NCBI GenBank assembly: GCA_963769425.1
Contig: CAVYLP010000006.1
Coordinates: 768,001-832,000, forward strand
Direction: 5' to 3'
From: Candidatus Bathyarchaeota archaeon
Lineage (GTDB): Archaea; Thermoproteota; Bathyarchaeia; TCS64
Length of the DNA stretch: 64,000 nt
The notes under the pieces: generated by a model
Seen by the model: only the letters and a program-made list of their open reading frames with translations
Told to the model about the DNA's origin: nothing
The model's database searches: none
Shown: in pieces, positions 24,524 through 34,993 of the stretch
Position numbering within the stretch: position 1 is the stretch's first letter
How the letters are laid out: each line of letters starts with the position of its first letter
Made by a program: the position numbers and the translations under genes

Positions 24524-26871
24524 TGCTGCCCCTCCTTCTGGTGGAGCGCCGCGAGTATCTTGTCTCGGGTTATTGGGAGGTCGTAGAACCTGACGCCCAG
24601 GGCATTCTGTATTGCATTGGCGACCGCTCCCGCGACAGGGTTGAGCGCTCCCTCACCTATGCCCTTCGCCCCGAATGGGCCCGTGTCCTCGTAGGTGTCG
24701 ACGAAGAATACCTTGAAGTCCTCCAGGTGTGGCATGTCTCGCGCCGTGGGTATCTTGTAGTCGGTGAGGAAACCCTTGTTGTATAGGTCGCCGGTCTTGG
24801 GATCGTGCTGCATGTCTTCTAGTAAGGTCATACTCCAGCCCTGGGCAAAGCCTCCGTGTATCTGCCCAGCAGCGAGTGTCGGGTTGATGACGGTGCCGAT
24901 GTCAGCGCCAGCGATGATCTTTATCGGGCGAACCTTCCCTGTCCAGGTGTCTACCTCAACCTCGACGAAGTAGCCGGTGAAGTGGGGCGGGCATGCGGGC
25001 TGGCGGTAGCTATCCACCGAGGCGATGGTGCCCCAGTTCTTGTGCCTCATAGTATAGGCAATCTCCTTGAAGGTCAGCTCCCTTCCGGCGACTCCCTCCG
25101 CGTAGACGACCCCCTGCTTCCTCGCTGGGTCGACCCTGAACTTCAACGCGTGTGGGTAGGCGTCGAGTATCTTGCCGGCATTCTCCCTGATCTTTTCCTT
25201 CACCTGCTTCGCGACCTTTAGGGCAGCCCCCCCGCCTGAGTAGATGCCCCTGCTGGCGTGGGTGCAGACGTCGTAGACAGTAGTGCTCGTGTCGGCTTGG
25301 ATTATGTTGACGTTGTCGAGGGGGACGCAGAGCTCCTCAGCGATTATCTTGGCGTGCGCCTCGACTGTGCCTCCGCCGTGGTCCATTAGTGCGGTAACGT
25401 AGTCGAGCGTCCCGTCCTCGTTGAGTTTGAGGAGTGCTCCACCGAAGTCGACAACCGTACCGGGGATGGGCGCACCCGCGCTACTAGTGTGGTATCCACG
25501 TCCCATGCCGACGCCTCGCCTATAGCGACCCGCCTGGCTACCCGCCTTCGGGCGGTTGTACCAGTCGATCATCTCCGCGCCCTTCGTCAGTATCTCCTCG
25601 ACTCCGCAGCTCTGGATTATGCTCTTCACGGTGGGTCCCTGTCCCCAGAAGAGGTCGCCCTGCCCGATGTAGTTCTGGAGGCGGAAGTCGACGGGGTCCA
25701 TGCCGATGGCCTCGGCGAGCTCGTCCATCATGCACTCGGTTGCCCAGGTCATCTGGGGGTTGCCATAGCCGCGGAAGGCGCAGCTTGGCACCTTGTTTGT
25801 GTAGACGGCGATGCCCCTGTAGCTCTTGGCGGGTAGCTTGTAGAGGCTCACCCACCAGCCGACTATGCAGCCGAGTAGGGGATAGGCTTGGACCTGGTGT
25901 CCCCCGATGTCGAGCCATGCGTCCAAGTGGCCGGCAGTCAGCTTGCCGCTCCTCTTTACGCCCATTTTTAGGTTAAATATCATGCTATAGCTGACGTGGT
26001 CGTGCAGATCCTCCTCGCGTGTGAGGCTTAGGCGGATGGGTCTCCTCGCCTTGAGAGCCAACGCGACGGCGATGGGGACGACCGTGTTGACCTGGATGCT
26101 CGAGCCGAAGCTGCCCCCTAGGCTTGCCTTCATGACGCGTATCTTGCCCATTGGGAGGCCGAATATCTCGTGCAGGAGGAGCCGGGTATTATGGAGTGTC
26201 TGGGTGGTGCTCCATATGGTGACGCCACCGTCGGGCTCAGGCTTGACGAGGACGCTCTTCGTCTCAAGCTGTGTGTGGTACCGGCGGTTCGTGCGGTAGG
26301 TGTGCTCGATGACTACGTCCGCCTCCTTGAAGCCTGCCTCTACGTCCCCCTCCCGGTTGTCGAGGGTACAGGCAATGTTGCTCTCGATCTTAAGGTGGTT
26401 CTCCTTGAGGGTTATTTCGTCGTGGAGCATTGTGCCGAGCTTCATGGCGTCGATGGCGTCGTATGATGCGGGGAGAATTTCGTACTCCACCTTGAGGAGC
26501 TCCAATGCGGCCTGGGCCTGCTCCTCCGTTTCCGCCGCGACGACCGCTATTGGCTCGCCGACGTAGACCGGTTTCCTTGCGAGGATGTGCCAGTCCTTGT
26601 ACGTGGCCTCGGGAGTGCTGACGAGGCGGGGGCAAAACCTCGCATCAGGGACATCGTCAGGGGTTACGACGACCGCGCCCACCCTCTCGGCCTCCTCCTT
26701 GTCTATCCGTATAACCCTGGCATGTGGGTGTGGGCTCTTGAGGATACGGGCGTGTAGCATCCCCGGTAGTGCGAGGTCGCTAGAGAAGCGCTCCTGCCCC
26801 GTGACCTTTGAGACGCCATCCTTCCTCGGTGTATCCTTCCCGATGACGGCGTAGAGACTCTGCCCGGACAT
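24520..26871 (-). CDS. Xanthine dehydrogenase-family molybdopterin-binding subunit, trimer 2
   Basis: KSPHPHA, GGSFG, AFRGYG, THASRG, GQIHGG, GPFGAKGIGE. Confidence 0.92.
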   Translation of the reverse strand: MSGQSLYAVIGKDTPRKDGVSKVTGQERFSSDLALPGMLHARILKSPHPHARVIRIDKEEAERVGAVVVTPDDVPDARFCPRLVSTPEATYKDWHILARKPVYVGEPIAVVAAETEEQAQAALELLKVEYEILPASYDAIDAMKLGTMLHDEITLKENHLKIESNIACTLDNREGDVEAGFKEADVVIEHTYRTNRRYHTQLETKSVLVKPEPDGGVTIWSTTQTLHNTRLLLHEIFGLPMGKIRVMKASLGGSFGSSIQVNTVVPIAVALALKARRPIRLSLTREEDLHDHVSYSMIFNLKMGVKRSGKLTAGHLDAWLDIGGHQVQAYPLLGCIVGWWVSLYKLPAKSYRGIAVYTNKVPSCAFRGYGNPQMTWATECMMDELAEAIGMDPVDFRLQNYIGQGDLFWGQGPTVKSIIQSCGVEEILTKGAEMIDWYNRPKAGSQAGRYRRGVGMGRGYHTSSAGAPIPGTVVDFGGALLKLNEDGTLDYVTALMDHGGGTVEAHAKIIAEELCVPLDNVNIIQADTSTTVYDVCTHASRGIYSGGGAALKVAKQVKEKIRENAGKILDAYPHALKFRVDPARKQGVVYAEGVAGRELTFKEIAYTMRHKNWGTIASVDSYRQPACPPHFTGYFVEVEVDTWTGKVRPIKIIAGADIGTVINPTLAAGQIHGGFAQGWSMTLLEDMQHDPKTGDLYNKGFLTDYKIPTARDMPHLEDFKVFFVDTYEDTGPFGAKGIGEGALNPVAGAVANAIQNALGVRFYDLPITRDKILAALHQKEGQQ

Positions 26872-26962
26872 TTCGTATGATTCTCACGCCTCGGGGATTA
26901 AAAGTGTTGATAGGCGGTGTGATGTGTGGACGAGACTCAGTTATTATAAATTCGCCAGTAAG

Positions 26963-26979
26963 TTATTAATGATTAATAA
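26963..26979. promoter_or_regulatory. Palindrome TTATTAAT-G-ATTAATAA, putative metalloregulator operator
   Basis: Perfect 8-1-8 palindrome between divergent Xdh trimer 2 and the Zn/Cd ATPase; related GTTA-A-TAAC at 27004-27012. Confidence 0.55.
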
Positions 26980-27051
26980 AAACAAGCCTCGCCTTAGCAC
27001 TATGTTAATAACGGATTTCCGATAACCATCCTTGAATCTGGGGCTCATGAT

Positions 27052-28953
27052 TTGGCTGAGGGACACGAGCATCACGACCACGACGAGGGGTTTCACGGCC
27101 ACGAGGAGGAGGGTGGTGCCAGCGCGTGGGGGCTCGTCTTCTCCGGTGCTGCCCTCGCCGTTGGGCTCGCCGTGAGCTTCATCATCGGCCCGAGCATCTT
27201 CTCTAATATACTGCTACTGTCCGCGATGGTAGTGTCGGGCTACAGCATCGCGGTCTCGGGGGGGAAGGCCCTTCTCCACGGGAGGGTGTCAATAGACCTC
27301 CTTATCACAGTTGCAGCGGTTGGGGCGAGCCTCATAGGCCACCTTGAGGAGGGGGCGGCCGTTGTCCTGCTCTTCAACCTCGCGGAGCGGCTGGAGGAGT
27401 ACGCGGGTGAGAGGGCTCGCCACGCCATCGAGAAGCTGGTCCAGCTCAGGCCGGAGGTCGCCGTCGTGAGGCGTAATAGCGTGGAGATGGATGTCCCCGT
27501 CGGCGAGGTGATGCCAGGAGAGGTCTTTATCCTCAGGCCGGGTGACCGCGTCGCCCTAGACGGGGAGGTATCTGAGGGGGAGTCGAGCGTTGACCAGTCC
27601 GCCATCACTGGGGAGTCAGTGCCCGTGGCGAAGGCCGTTGGCGACGATGTCTACGCGGGGACGATGAACGTGGACGGCTTCCTCGCCGTGCGAGCGACGA
27701 GCATGGCTGAGGAGTCGACCCTCTCCCGTATACTCCACTTGGTGGAGGAGGCAGAGGAGAGCAAGTCGCCGACAGAAGCCTATGTTGATAGGTTCTCGCG
27801 CTGGTACACGCCTGCTGTCATAGCCGCGGCTTTGATTGTTGCCACTGTGCCACCGCTGCTGCTGGGGCAGCCGTTGATCGATTGGGTCTACAGGTCGATG
27901 GTGATGCTCGTTGTCGCCTGCCCCTGCGCCCTCGCCATCTCCACGCCAGTTGCAATGGTCTCAGCTATAGCGAGCGCCAGCAGGAACGGCGTCTTGGTGA
28001 AGGGTAGCATACACATCGAGGAGCTTGCGAGGGCAAAGGTGATAGCGTTTGATAAGACGGGGACGCTGACCCGCGGCGAGCTCGAGGTTGGAGAGGTCCG
28101 TGGAGCTGAGCCAAACGAGGTGCTCAGATGCGCCGCTGCCCTAGAGGCGAAGTCGGAGCACCCGATTGGCGAGGCGATAGTGGAGAGAGCGCAGAGGGAG
28201 AAGGTGGCCGGGGGGGAGCCGACCGGGTTCAAGACCTATCCGGGGAGGGGAGTCCAGGCGCGGCTCGGCGAGAACACCATCTGCGTCGGGAACCCGAGGC
28301 TCTTCGCCGAGCTCGGGATAGTGAACGGGAGTACACTCTCGCCGGAGGACGCGGGGAAGACGGTGATACTCGTCGCGAAGGACGAGGCGGTGATCGGGTC
28401 GCTCACCCTCACTGATAAAGTCCGGCCCGAGGCATCGGCGGCAATAGCCGCCCTCAAGGCTCGTGGGTTGCGCGTCGAGATGCTAACTGGGGACAACGAG
28501 GAGACGGCACGCGAAATAGCAGGGAGGGTTGGGGTCGACGGATACAGGGCCGGGCTTCTGCCCGAGGAGAAGGTGGCCGCGGTCGAGTCTCTTAGATCGC
28601 TCGGCGGGGTCATCATGGTTGGGGATGGTGTCAACGATGCCCCGGCGCTGGCGAAGGCGGACGTCGGCATAGCGATGGGTGCCATGGGGAGCGACGTTGC
28701 ATTGGAGACGGCGGACATTGCCCTCATGCAGGACAGGCTCGACAGAGTCCCCTACGCGGTTGATCTGAGCCGCGCTACGATGCGGCGAATAAGGGAGAAC
28801 ATTACGCTCAGTGTGGTGGTGAAGCTAGGCGTCGCTCTGCTAGCGCTCCCCGGCTTCGTGACGCTGTGGATAGCCGTCGCTGTGGGCGACATGGGGCTGA
28901 GTCTAGCTGTGATCTTGAACGCGCTGAGGCTCGGAAGGATAAAGCCCGAGTGA
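27052..28953 (+). CDS. Heavy-metal P1B-2-type ATPase (Zn/Cd/Pb exporter)
   Basis: His-rich N-terminus, TGES, CPC, DKTGT, SEHP, GDGVND, and Lys plus D.G in the last TM helices. Confidence 0.92.
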   Translation: MAEGHEHHDHDEGFHGHEEEGGASAWGLVFSGAALAVGLAVSFIIGPSIFSNILLLSAMVVSGYSIAVSGGKALLHGRVSIDLLITVAAVGASLIGHLEEGAAVVLLFNLAERLEEYAGERARHAIEKLVQLRPEVAVVRRNSVEMDVPVGEVMPGEVFILRPGDRVALDGEVSEGESSVDQSAITGESVPVAKAVGDDVYAGTMNVDGFLAVRATSMAEESTLSRILHLVEEAEESKSPTEAYVDRFSRWYTPAVIAAALIVATVPPLLLGQPLIDWVYRSMVMLVVACPCALAISTPVAMVSAIASASRNGVLVKGSIHIEELARAKVIAFDKTGTLTRGELEVGEVRGAEPNEVLRCAAALEAKSEHPIGEAIVERAQREKVAGGEPTGFKTYPGRGVQARLGENTICVGNPRLFAELGIVNGSTLSPEDAGKTVILVAKDEAVIGSLTLTDKVRPEASAAIAALKARGLRVEMLTGDNEETAREIAGRVGVDGYRAGLLPEEKVAAVESLRSLGGVIMVGDGVNDAPALAKADVGIAMGAMGSDVALETADIALMQDRLDRVPYAVDLSRATMRRIRENITLSVVVKLGVALLALPGFVTLWIAVAVGDMGLSLAVILNALRLGRIKPE

Positions 28954-29064
28954 AATATACCTTAATGCCTCATTTTTGTATATAATCGACGGTGAATTGG
29001 CTAGTTTTATAGCTTCTTTCGGTGATCGGCGTCGTTTTCAGGTTCCGATTGCTTACCCTCCCTT

Positions 29065-29919
29065 TTAGAGGAGGGTGACTATGGCGACGCCGAGCACGAC
29101 GAGGGTTGAGCCAATGACGATTCTTTTGGTGAGTTTCTCCTCCTTCATGAGGAGGCGGGTTGTGAGGAGGGCGAAGAGTGGATAGCTGTAGACGATGGTT
29201 GTGACCACGGATACTGGTCCGGTCTCGAGGGCCGCCATCATGGCAAGCCAGCCTATGCTGCTTAGGACGCCCGTGGCGGCAAAGCAGGCGAGGCTCGGGC
29301 GGCTTATATGGAGATCCCCCATCTGCCCCGTCGCGGCTAGATAGAGTGTGATGAAGAGGAAGCCGGCTACGGCGCCCGTCGCGGCGCTGAGGAATGGGTC
29401 GGGCTGGAGCTGTATCCCTGCCTTGCTTGCGATGTTGCTGAGGGAGTAGGCGAGGGCGGAAACGAGGCCGATGAGCAGCGCCTTCTCAATCTTGAAGCCC
29501 GAGGCGCCACTGATGAGGGCGACTCCGAGGGCGACGGTTGCAGCCCCCGCGATTGTCGTCACCTGCGGCCTCTCCGCGATAATAGCGATGGAGAGGAGGG
29601 TCGTTATTACCGGGCTGCTCCCGATGAGGGCGCTCGTCTTCGCTACGCCGATTCCCCTCATCGCGACGAAGTTTAGGAGTCTGGCGACTCCGAGGCTGAG
29701 TACCCCTCCTAGGGCGAAGTACCCGACCGCGACCAAGTTGAGCTGGGGCAGTCGCGTCAACAGGAGCGCCAACAGTATTACTGTTTGAATCGCCACACTG
29801 TAGAAGGCCGCGACTATCGGCTTTGCCCCCCTCATCCCCTTCGCAATCAGCGTCACCCCGAGGGCGTTCGTGATGGATGTCACAAGCGCGAGTGCCTCGA
29901 AAAGCAAGGGGATCAGCAT
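29065..29919 (-). CDS. DMT/EamA-family transporter
   Basis: About 10 hydrophobic segments in two EamA-like repeats; 284 aa. Confidence 0.85.
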   Translation of the reverse strand: MLIPLLFEALALVTSITNALGVTLIAKGMRGAKPIVAAFYSVAIQTVILLALLLTRLPQLNLVAVGYFALGGVLSLGVARLLNFVAMRGIGVAKTSALIGSSPVITTLLSIAIIAERPQVTTIAGAATVALGVALISGASGFKIEKALLIGLVSALAYSLSNIASKAGIQLQPDPFLSAATGAVAGFLFITLYLAATGQMGDLHISRPSLACFAATGVLSSIGWLAMMAALETGPVSVVTTIVYSYPLFALLTTRLLMKEEKLTKRIVIGSTLVVLGVAIVTLL

Positions 29920-29966
29920 CAGAGTCGTCGGAATCTTCTATTAAAACATCTGATCCTCGATCAGGC

Positions 29967-30455
29967 ATGGAGCCCGTCATCCGAAACGAGATGAGGCCGG
30001 GGGACCTCGGCGAGATAGTGCGACTTCACGGCGTCCTCTACGCTGAGGAGTACGGCCTAGACAACACCTTCGAGGCGTACGTCGCCGGGCCGCTCTCCGA
30101 GTTCGTCCTCGCGAAGGACCGGGAGGGGCAGAGGATATGGGTCGTCGAGGCGGGTGAGAAGGTCGCTGGGTGCATAGCTATAGTCCGAAGCGGGGAGGGC
30201 GTGGCCCAACTCAGGTGGTTCATCCTCACACCCGAGACCCGCGGGAGGGGAATCGGCAAACGCCTCATGGGGGAGGCAGTCGAGTACAGTCGCGAGGCCG
30301 GGTACAGGAGGATCATCCTCTGGACCTTCAGCGAACTGGAGGCCGCCATCGCCCTCTACAGGCGCTGGGGATTCGAGAAGACTGAGGAGAAGGCCCACCG
30401 CATCTGGGGGAGGGATCTCATCGAGGAGAAGTACGAACTAGACCTACGATACTAG
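29967..30455 (+). CDS. GNAT N-acetyltransferase
   Basis: AQLRWF...RGRGIGKRL, LWT, A..LY...GF. Confidence 0.9.
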   Translation: MEPVIRNEMRPGDLGEIVRLHGVLYAEEYGLDNTFEAYVAGPLSEFVLAKDREGQRIWVVEAGEKVAGCIAIVRSGEGVAQLRWFILTPETRGRGIGKRLMGEAVEYSREAGYRRIILWTFSELEAAIALYRRWGFEKTEEKAHRIWGRDLIEEKYELDLRY

Positions 30456-31420
30456 ACCGCTCCGCGAGGACCCTCGATGCGTTTTCATCAGTATCGCCTC
30501 GCGCTCTGGATCTGTAAGTACCTTTGACTCCCTGATCTTACGCACGGGGTCCTCGACGGCTATGGGTGCGGGCCAGTCCGTCCCGAGTATCACGTTTTCG
30601 ACACCGACGGCGTCGATGAGGAACCGGAGGTTTCTGTCGGTGAAGGTGGTGGTGTCGTAGAGAAATCTGCTCAGGTAGGTGCTCGGATGGTCCCGTGCCA
30701 TTCCCCTGTACTTTGGGAAGGCGTTCCAGCCCCTGTCCATCCGGTCAACGGCGTATGGAACGTAACCCCCCGCGTGACCCAGGCAGACCCGTAGGCCGGG
30801 GTGCCTGTCCATGACTCCGCCGAAGACGAGGCAGCCGAATGTGAGGGTTCTGTCGACGAGGTTCCCCACCGAGTTGGGTAGGAAGTAGTTCTTAGTTCTG
30901 TACCAGACCGTCGTCGGCCCGCACTGGTGGATGAGTAGGAAAGCGCGGTGCCGCTCCGCCGCCTCCCAGATGGGCTCGAAAGAGGGATCATCGTATGTCC
31001 TGCCGTTAACATGGTCGTTTATCATGAAGCCCTTGAGACCGAGGCGCATACCGCGCTCCATCTCGGCCAATGCGAGCCCTGTGTCCTGCATCGGCAGCGT
31101 TCCCAAGGCCCATGAACCGGTGCGGGTAGGTCTTCACCATCCCAGCGACCTCGTCGTTGCACTCAGCCGCGATGGTGGATGGTGACGCACGGGTCCTATC
31201 GTACTGGTAGAAGACGTCGGTGGGGGAGACGAGTTGCACGTCGACGCCGAGCTCGTCCATCTCCTCGATCCTCCGCTCCGGCGCCCACCTGTTCTTCGGG
31301 TTGTCTAGCTCCCCGTCCTCCGCCGTCATCCCGTGCCAGTCGCTGACCCGAGAGGACCGCCTCCTGGAACCGCATCGGCGTGACGTGGACGTGAACATCG
31401 ACTATCGGGCTTTCCTTCAT
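30444..31420 (-). CDS. Amidohydrolase_2 (ACMSD-like decarboxylase), split by several frameshifts
   Basis: VDVHVH, GTLPMQD, GHAGG..P, YD, LGTDWP spread over three reading frames. Confidence 0.75.
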
Positions 31421-31521
31421 CTCTGACCCCCACCAGAGAGGTTCCCTCGAGGCGTATTTAATCGGGTCGGCACGCCATGAGCCTAAAGGTTAAAGGCGGG
31501 GTTCTCATTCGTCTCTACGGC

Positions 31522-31918
31522 ATGTCGGACGACGAGCTGGAGCGCCTCAAGCGTAAGAAGATGCAGGAGATGCAGAGGCGCATGGCATCCCATGAGGCGA
31601 CGCAGGCCGCCCAGGAATCGACTGAAGGATAAACCGAAGGAGGCCTCAACTGACAAGGTTTTGGACAGCATCTTCGGCGACCGCGCGTGGGAGGTGTGGA
31701 AGGCCGCGAGGGAGCAGTTCCCGAAGGTCATCCCGCAGGTCGAGCAGGCGCTCGTCGACGCGGTGAAGCAGGGGAAGATAGCGGAGAAGATAGACGGCGG
31801 CGGCCTGGCTATGTTCCTCCGCCAGATAGGGTTCCCGCTCAGGCTCAACACACAGATACGCTTCGCGGAGCACGGCGAGCTAAAGACGCTGGAGCAGAAG
31901 CTGAAGAGCAACGAGTAG
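31522..31918 (+). CDS. PDCD5/dsDNA-binding family protein (one frameshift)
   Basis: MSDDELERLKRKKMQEMQ continues in another frame as ...VEQALV...GKIAEKID. Confidence 0.7.
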
Positions 31919-31990
31919 CCGTTTGGCTCCTCGACGAATCTAAATACATCTGGCTCCCTCTAGGGGTACAACGCCCAGAGAGACACCGCC

Positions 31991-33292
31991 TTGGCTCAGG
32001 ACGCACCCACTCCGAAGCTCGAGTTCGGAATAGGAATACTACGGGGGAACCTGCTCTGGCTTGTTGTCTGCCAGTGCATCTGGCAGTTCACCACGAACAT
32101 CCCGTCTCCTTACCTCCCCCTCTACATAGAGAGGCTGGGGGGCTCCCCCGTGGACATCGGCCTTGTCAAGTCCGCCTCCGCCCTAGCGGGGCTCTTCCTC
32201 TACCCCCTCGGCGGGTACATCGCGGATAAGCAGGGGAGGGTCCGCCTCGTCAGCATCGCGACTATCGTCTACGCCTTCAGCTTCATCCCTTCGCCTACGC
32301 CCCCAATTGGGAGACCCTCGCCTTCGCGAGCTTCTTCCAGAACCTCGTCCTCTTCTACGCCCCCATACTCACTGTGCTGCAGGCGGACTCGATGCCCGTA
32401 GGGAAGAGGGGGCAGGGGTTCGCCGTCGCCCTCAGCATACCCAGTGCACTCGGCGTCATCTCCCCATTCATCGGCGGCTACCTCGTCGACCACATGGGGA
32501 TACTCCCCGCCATGAACTCTCATCTACCTCGTCGGCTTCGGGGCAGGCATATTCGTCGCCATCCTACGCTGGTTCACACTCAAGGAGACCCTCGACCCAA
32601 GCCATCAGGAGAAGATAGACTACCGCAACATCCCCAGGGTCATCAAGGACTCCTACGAGAGCTTCCTCGAGACGATGAGGTGGATGCCGCCCGAGATCCT
32701 CGCCCTCGCCGTCATGCAGGTCATGCAGGTATTCTTCATAGGGATGGCCTCCTCCTTCTGGGTCGTCTACGCGACCACATACATAGGCATCTCAGCGACG
32801 CTTTGGGGGCTCAACTCCGCGATCCAGGGCGGCGTCAACATGGTGCTCGCGATCCCGGCGGGGAGAATGATGGATAGGCTGGGTAGGAAGAAGCTGCTCG
32901 TCGCCATGATGGCTGTGACGCCCATCTTCCCCATTGCGTTCCTCTTCATCAAGGACTACTACACGCTGGTCGCCCTCGTCGTCGCCGTCGCGGTGTGCAA
33001 CGCCTTCCTCATGCCCGGCTTCCAGTCCCTCCTCGCCGACTACACGCCCCGGAATCGCCGTGGCAGAGTGACCTCCGCGGTGGGGAGCGGCAACTTCTTC
33101 ATCGACATAAGGGGGACGATGTGGGGCGGCGGGATGCTGCTCTTCGTACCACTCGCCATCGGGCAGACCCTCGGCGGCGTCCTCTACGAGTACAACCCGA
33201 TGGTCCCCTTCATCCTCATGGCAATCGGGCTGATCCCAATAATCGTATGGGCTCACCTCAAGGTGAAGGACCCAAGGACCATTGAGCGATGA
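31991..33292 (+). CDS. MFS transporter (frameshifted)
   Basis: GGYIADKQGR and GRMMDRLGRK motif-A copies; hydrophobic helices across three frames. Confidence 0.8.
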
Positions 33293-33338
33293 GGTACACC
33301 ACTTCTAGAAACGTGGGCGTGAAATGAAAAGAAGGAGG

Positions 33339-33915
33339 TCAGTAGTTCTCGGCGAGGCGCTCGTAGTAGCTCTGCGGGTGCTTGCACGCGGGGCACTCCT
33401 TCGGCGCCTCCTTACCCGCGTGGACGTAGCCGCAGTTCCGGCACTTCCACTCGATCACCTTGTCGCTCTTGAAGACTACGCCCGCTCTTCACGTCCTCGA
33501 GGAGCTTCCGGTACCTCTTCTCATGCCTCTCCTCGACCTCGGCGATCTCCTTGAAGCTCTCAGCGACCTTCTCGAGGCCCTCCTTGCGGGCCACCTTCTC
33601 GAAGGCGGGGTAGAGCGTCCCCCACTCGAGCTTCTCACCCTCCGCGGCGGCGAGGAGGTTCTCGGCGGTCGTCCCAATCCTCCCCGCGGGGTAGGTGGCG
33701 GTTATCTCGACGTCTCCCCCCTCTAGGTGCTTGAAGAAGATCTCGGCGTGCTCCCGCTCGTTGTCGGCGGTCTCCTGGAAGATGCCCGCAATCTGCTCGA
33801 AGCCCTCCTTCTTCGCCACGTTCGAGAAGTAGGTGTACCTGTTCCTCGCCTGACTCTCGCCCGCGAACGCCTTGAGCAGGTTCTTCTCCGTCTCCGATCC
33901 CTTGAGTTTCGCCAT
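33339..33915 (-). CDS. rbr: Rubrerythrin (frameshift near 33480)
   Basis: AFAGESQARNRY, NE.EHA, E..HE.RY; the rubredoxin domain WKCRNCG...CPAC.HP lies in a shifted frame. Confidence 0.9.
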
Positions 33916-33967
33916 GGATTTCACCTTTAACTAGAATCTCATACGGGCGAATTATAAAGGGTCGCGG

Positions 33968-34993
33968 CTAGAGGAGCTCGACGGCGATGGCCTTGAAGCT
34001 TATGTAGACATCTGAGCCGACGTTTAGCCCCATCTCGGTGAGGGTGCGGCGTGTTATGTGGGCGGTGAAGACCCTCCCCGCGTCTATCCTGAGCCTGATG
34101 ACGGAGCCGCTCTCCTCGACGCCTACGATGCGTCCCCTGTAGTTGTTGCGGGCGCTCGTCTCGACGGGCGTCTTGGAGACTATGATGTCCTCGGGTCTGA
34201 CCCTGACCGCGACGCGCCCAATCGTGGCACTCGGCGCATGCAATCGTGACACCTCCCCGACGTCGACGTCGGACTCCCCGTTGGCGTTCCTGCCGATCCC
34301 CGAGAAGACGTTGCTGCCGAAACGGTTCGAGGCGAGGACCTCGACGCCGCCCTCCGCGACTATCCTACCCGCCTCGAGCTGGATGACGCGCCCAGCGAGC
34401 CTCCCAACCCGAGCCAGGTCGTGGCTCGCGACGACGACGCTCCTCGCCCCCGCCTCCCCGGCTATGATGTCGGAGACTATGGAGGCGTTCTCCGAGTCGA
34501 GGTTGGCGGTGGGCTCGTCGAGGATGAGCACCTTTGGGTCGAGTACGAGGGCGCGCGCGAGTGAGACCCTCTGCTGCTCCCCGCCGGATATCTTGCGGGC
34601 GTCCCTCGCCTCGAATCCGGGGAGGCGAACCTTGGCTAGGGTCTCCAAGACGCGTTTGGAAATCTCGGCTTCGGGTGTTCCCCTAAGTCGCAGGCCGTAG
34701 GCGACGTTATCGAAGACGCTCCCCCGAATGAAGAGGGGGTGCTGGAAGATCATGGTCGCCTCCTTCCTGAGCTCCGCGGCGGCCTGCTTATCCACGACCC
34801 TCCCCCTCCATTGGAAAGTCCCCGCCGTCGGCACGTCGAGCCCCGCCAGGAGCCTGAGCAGGGTGGTCTTTCCAGCGCCGCTCTCCCCGACGACTCCGAG
34901 TGCTTCCCCCTCACCCATGGATAGGTCGATGGAATCGAGGGCATGCCTAGTCCCGAAGCTCCGGTAGACCCCCTCAAGCCTGTAGAGCTCCAG
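33968..34993 (-). CDS. tupC: Tungstate ABC transporter ATP-binding subunit with TOBE domain
   Basis: GESGAGKT, ISGGEQQR, LDEPT, TSARN; frame is open back to CTG at 34993. Confidence 0.85.
   Translation of the reverse strand: MELYRLEGVYRSFGTRHALDSIDLSMGEGEALGVVGESGAGKTTLLRLLAGLDVPTAGTFQWRGRVVDKQAAAELRKEATMIFQHPLFIRGSVFDNVAYGLRLRGTPEAEISKRVLETLAKVRLPGFEARDARKISGGEQQRVSLARALVLDPKVLILDEPTANLDSENASIVSDIIAGEAGARSVVVASHDLARVGRLAGRVIQLEAGRIVAEGGVEVLASNRFGSNVFSGIGRNANGESDVDVGEVSRLHAPSATIGRVAVRVRPEDIIVSKTPVETSARNNYRGRIVGVEESGSVIRLRIDAGRVFTAHITRRTLTEMGLNVGSDVYISFKAIAVELL

Noticed and set aside
13812-26871. Aerobic CO dehydrogenase (coxMSL) or selenocysteine-containing hydroxylase
   Set aside because: Neither large subunit has the AYxCSFR loop (they read THGSRG and THASRG); no in-frame TGA read-through is apparent.
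28992-29069. Possible small hydrophobic peptide (MNWLVFIA...) between the ATPase and the DMT gene
   Set aside because: Only ~25 codons and needs an assumed frameshift to look membrane-spanning.
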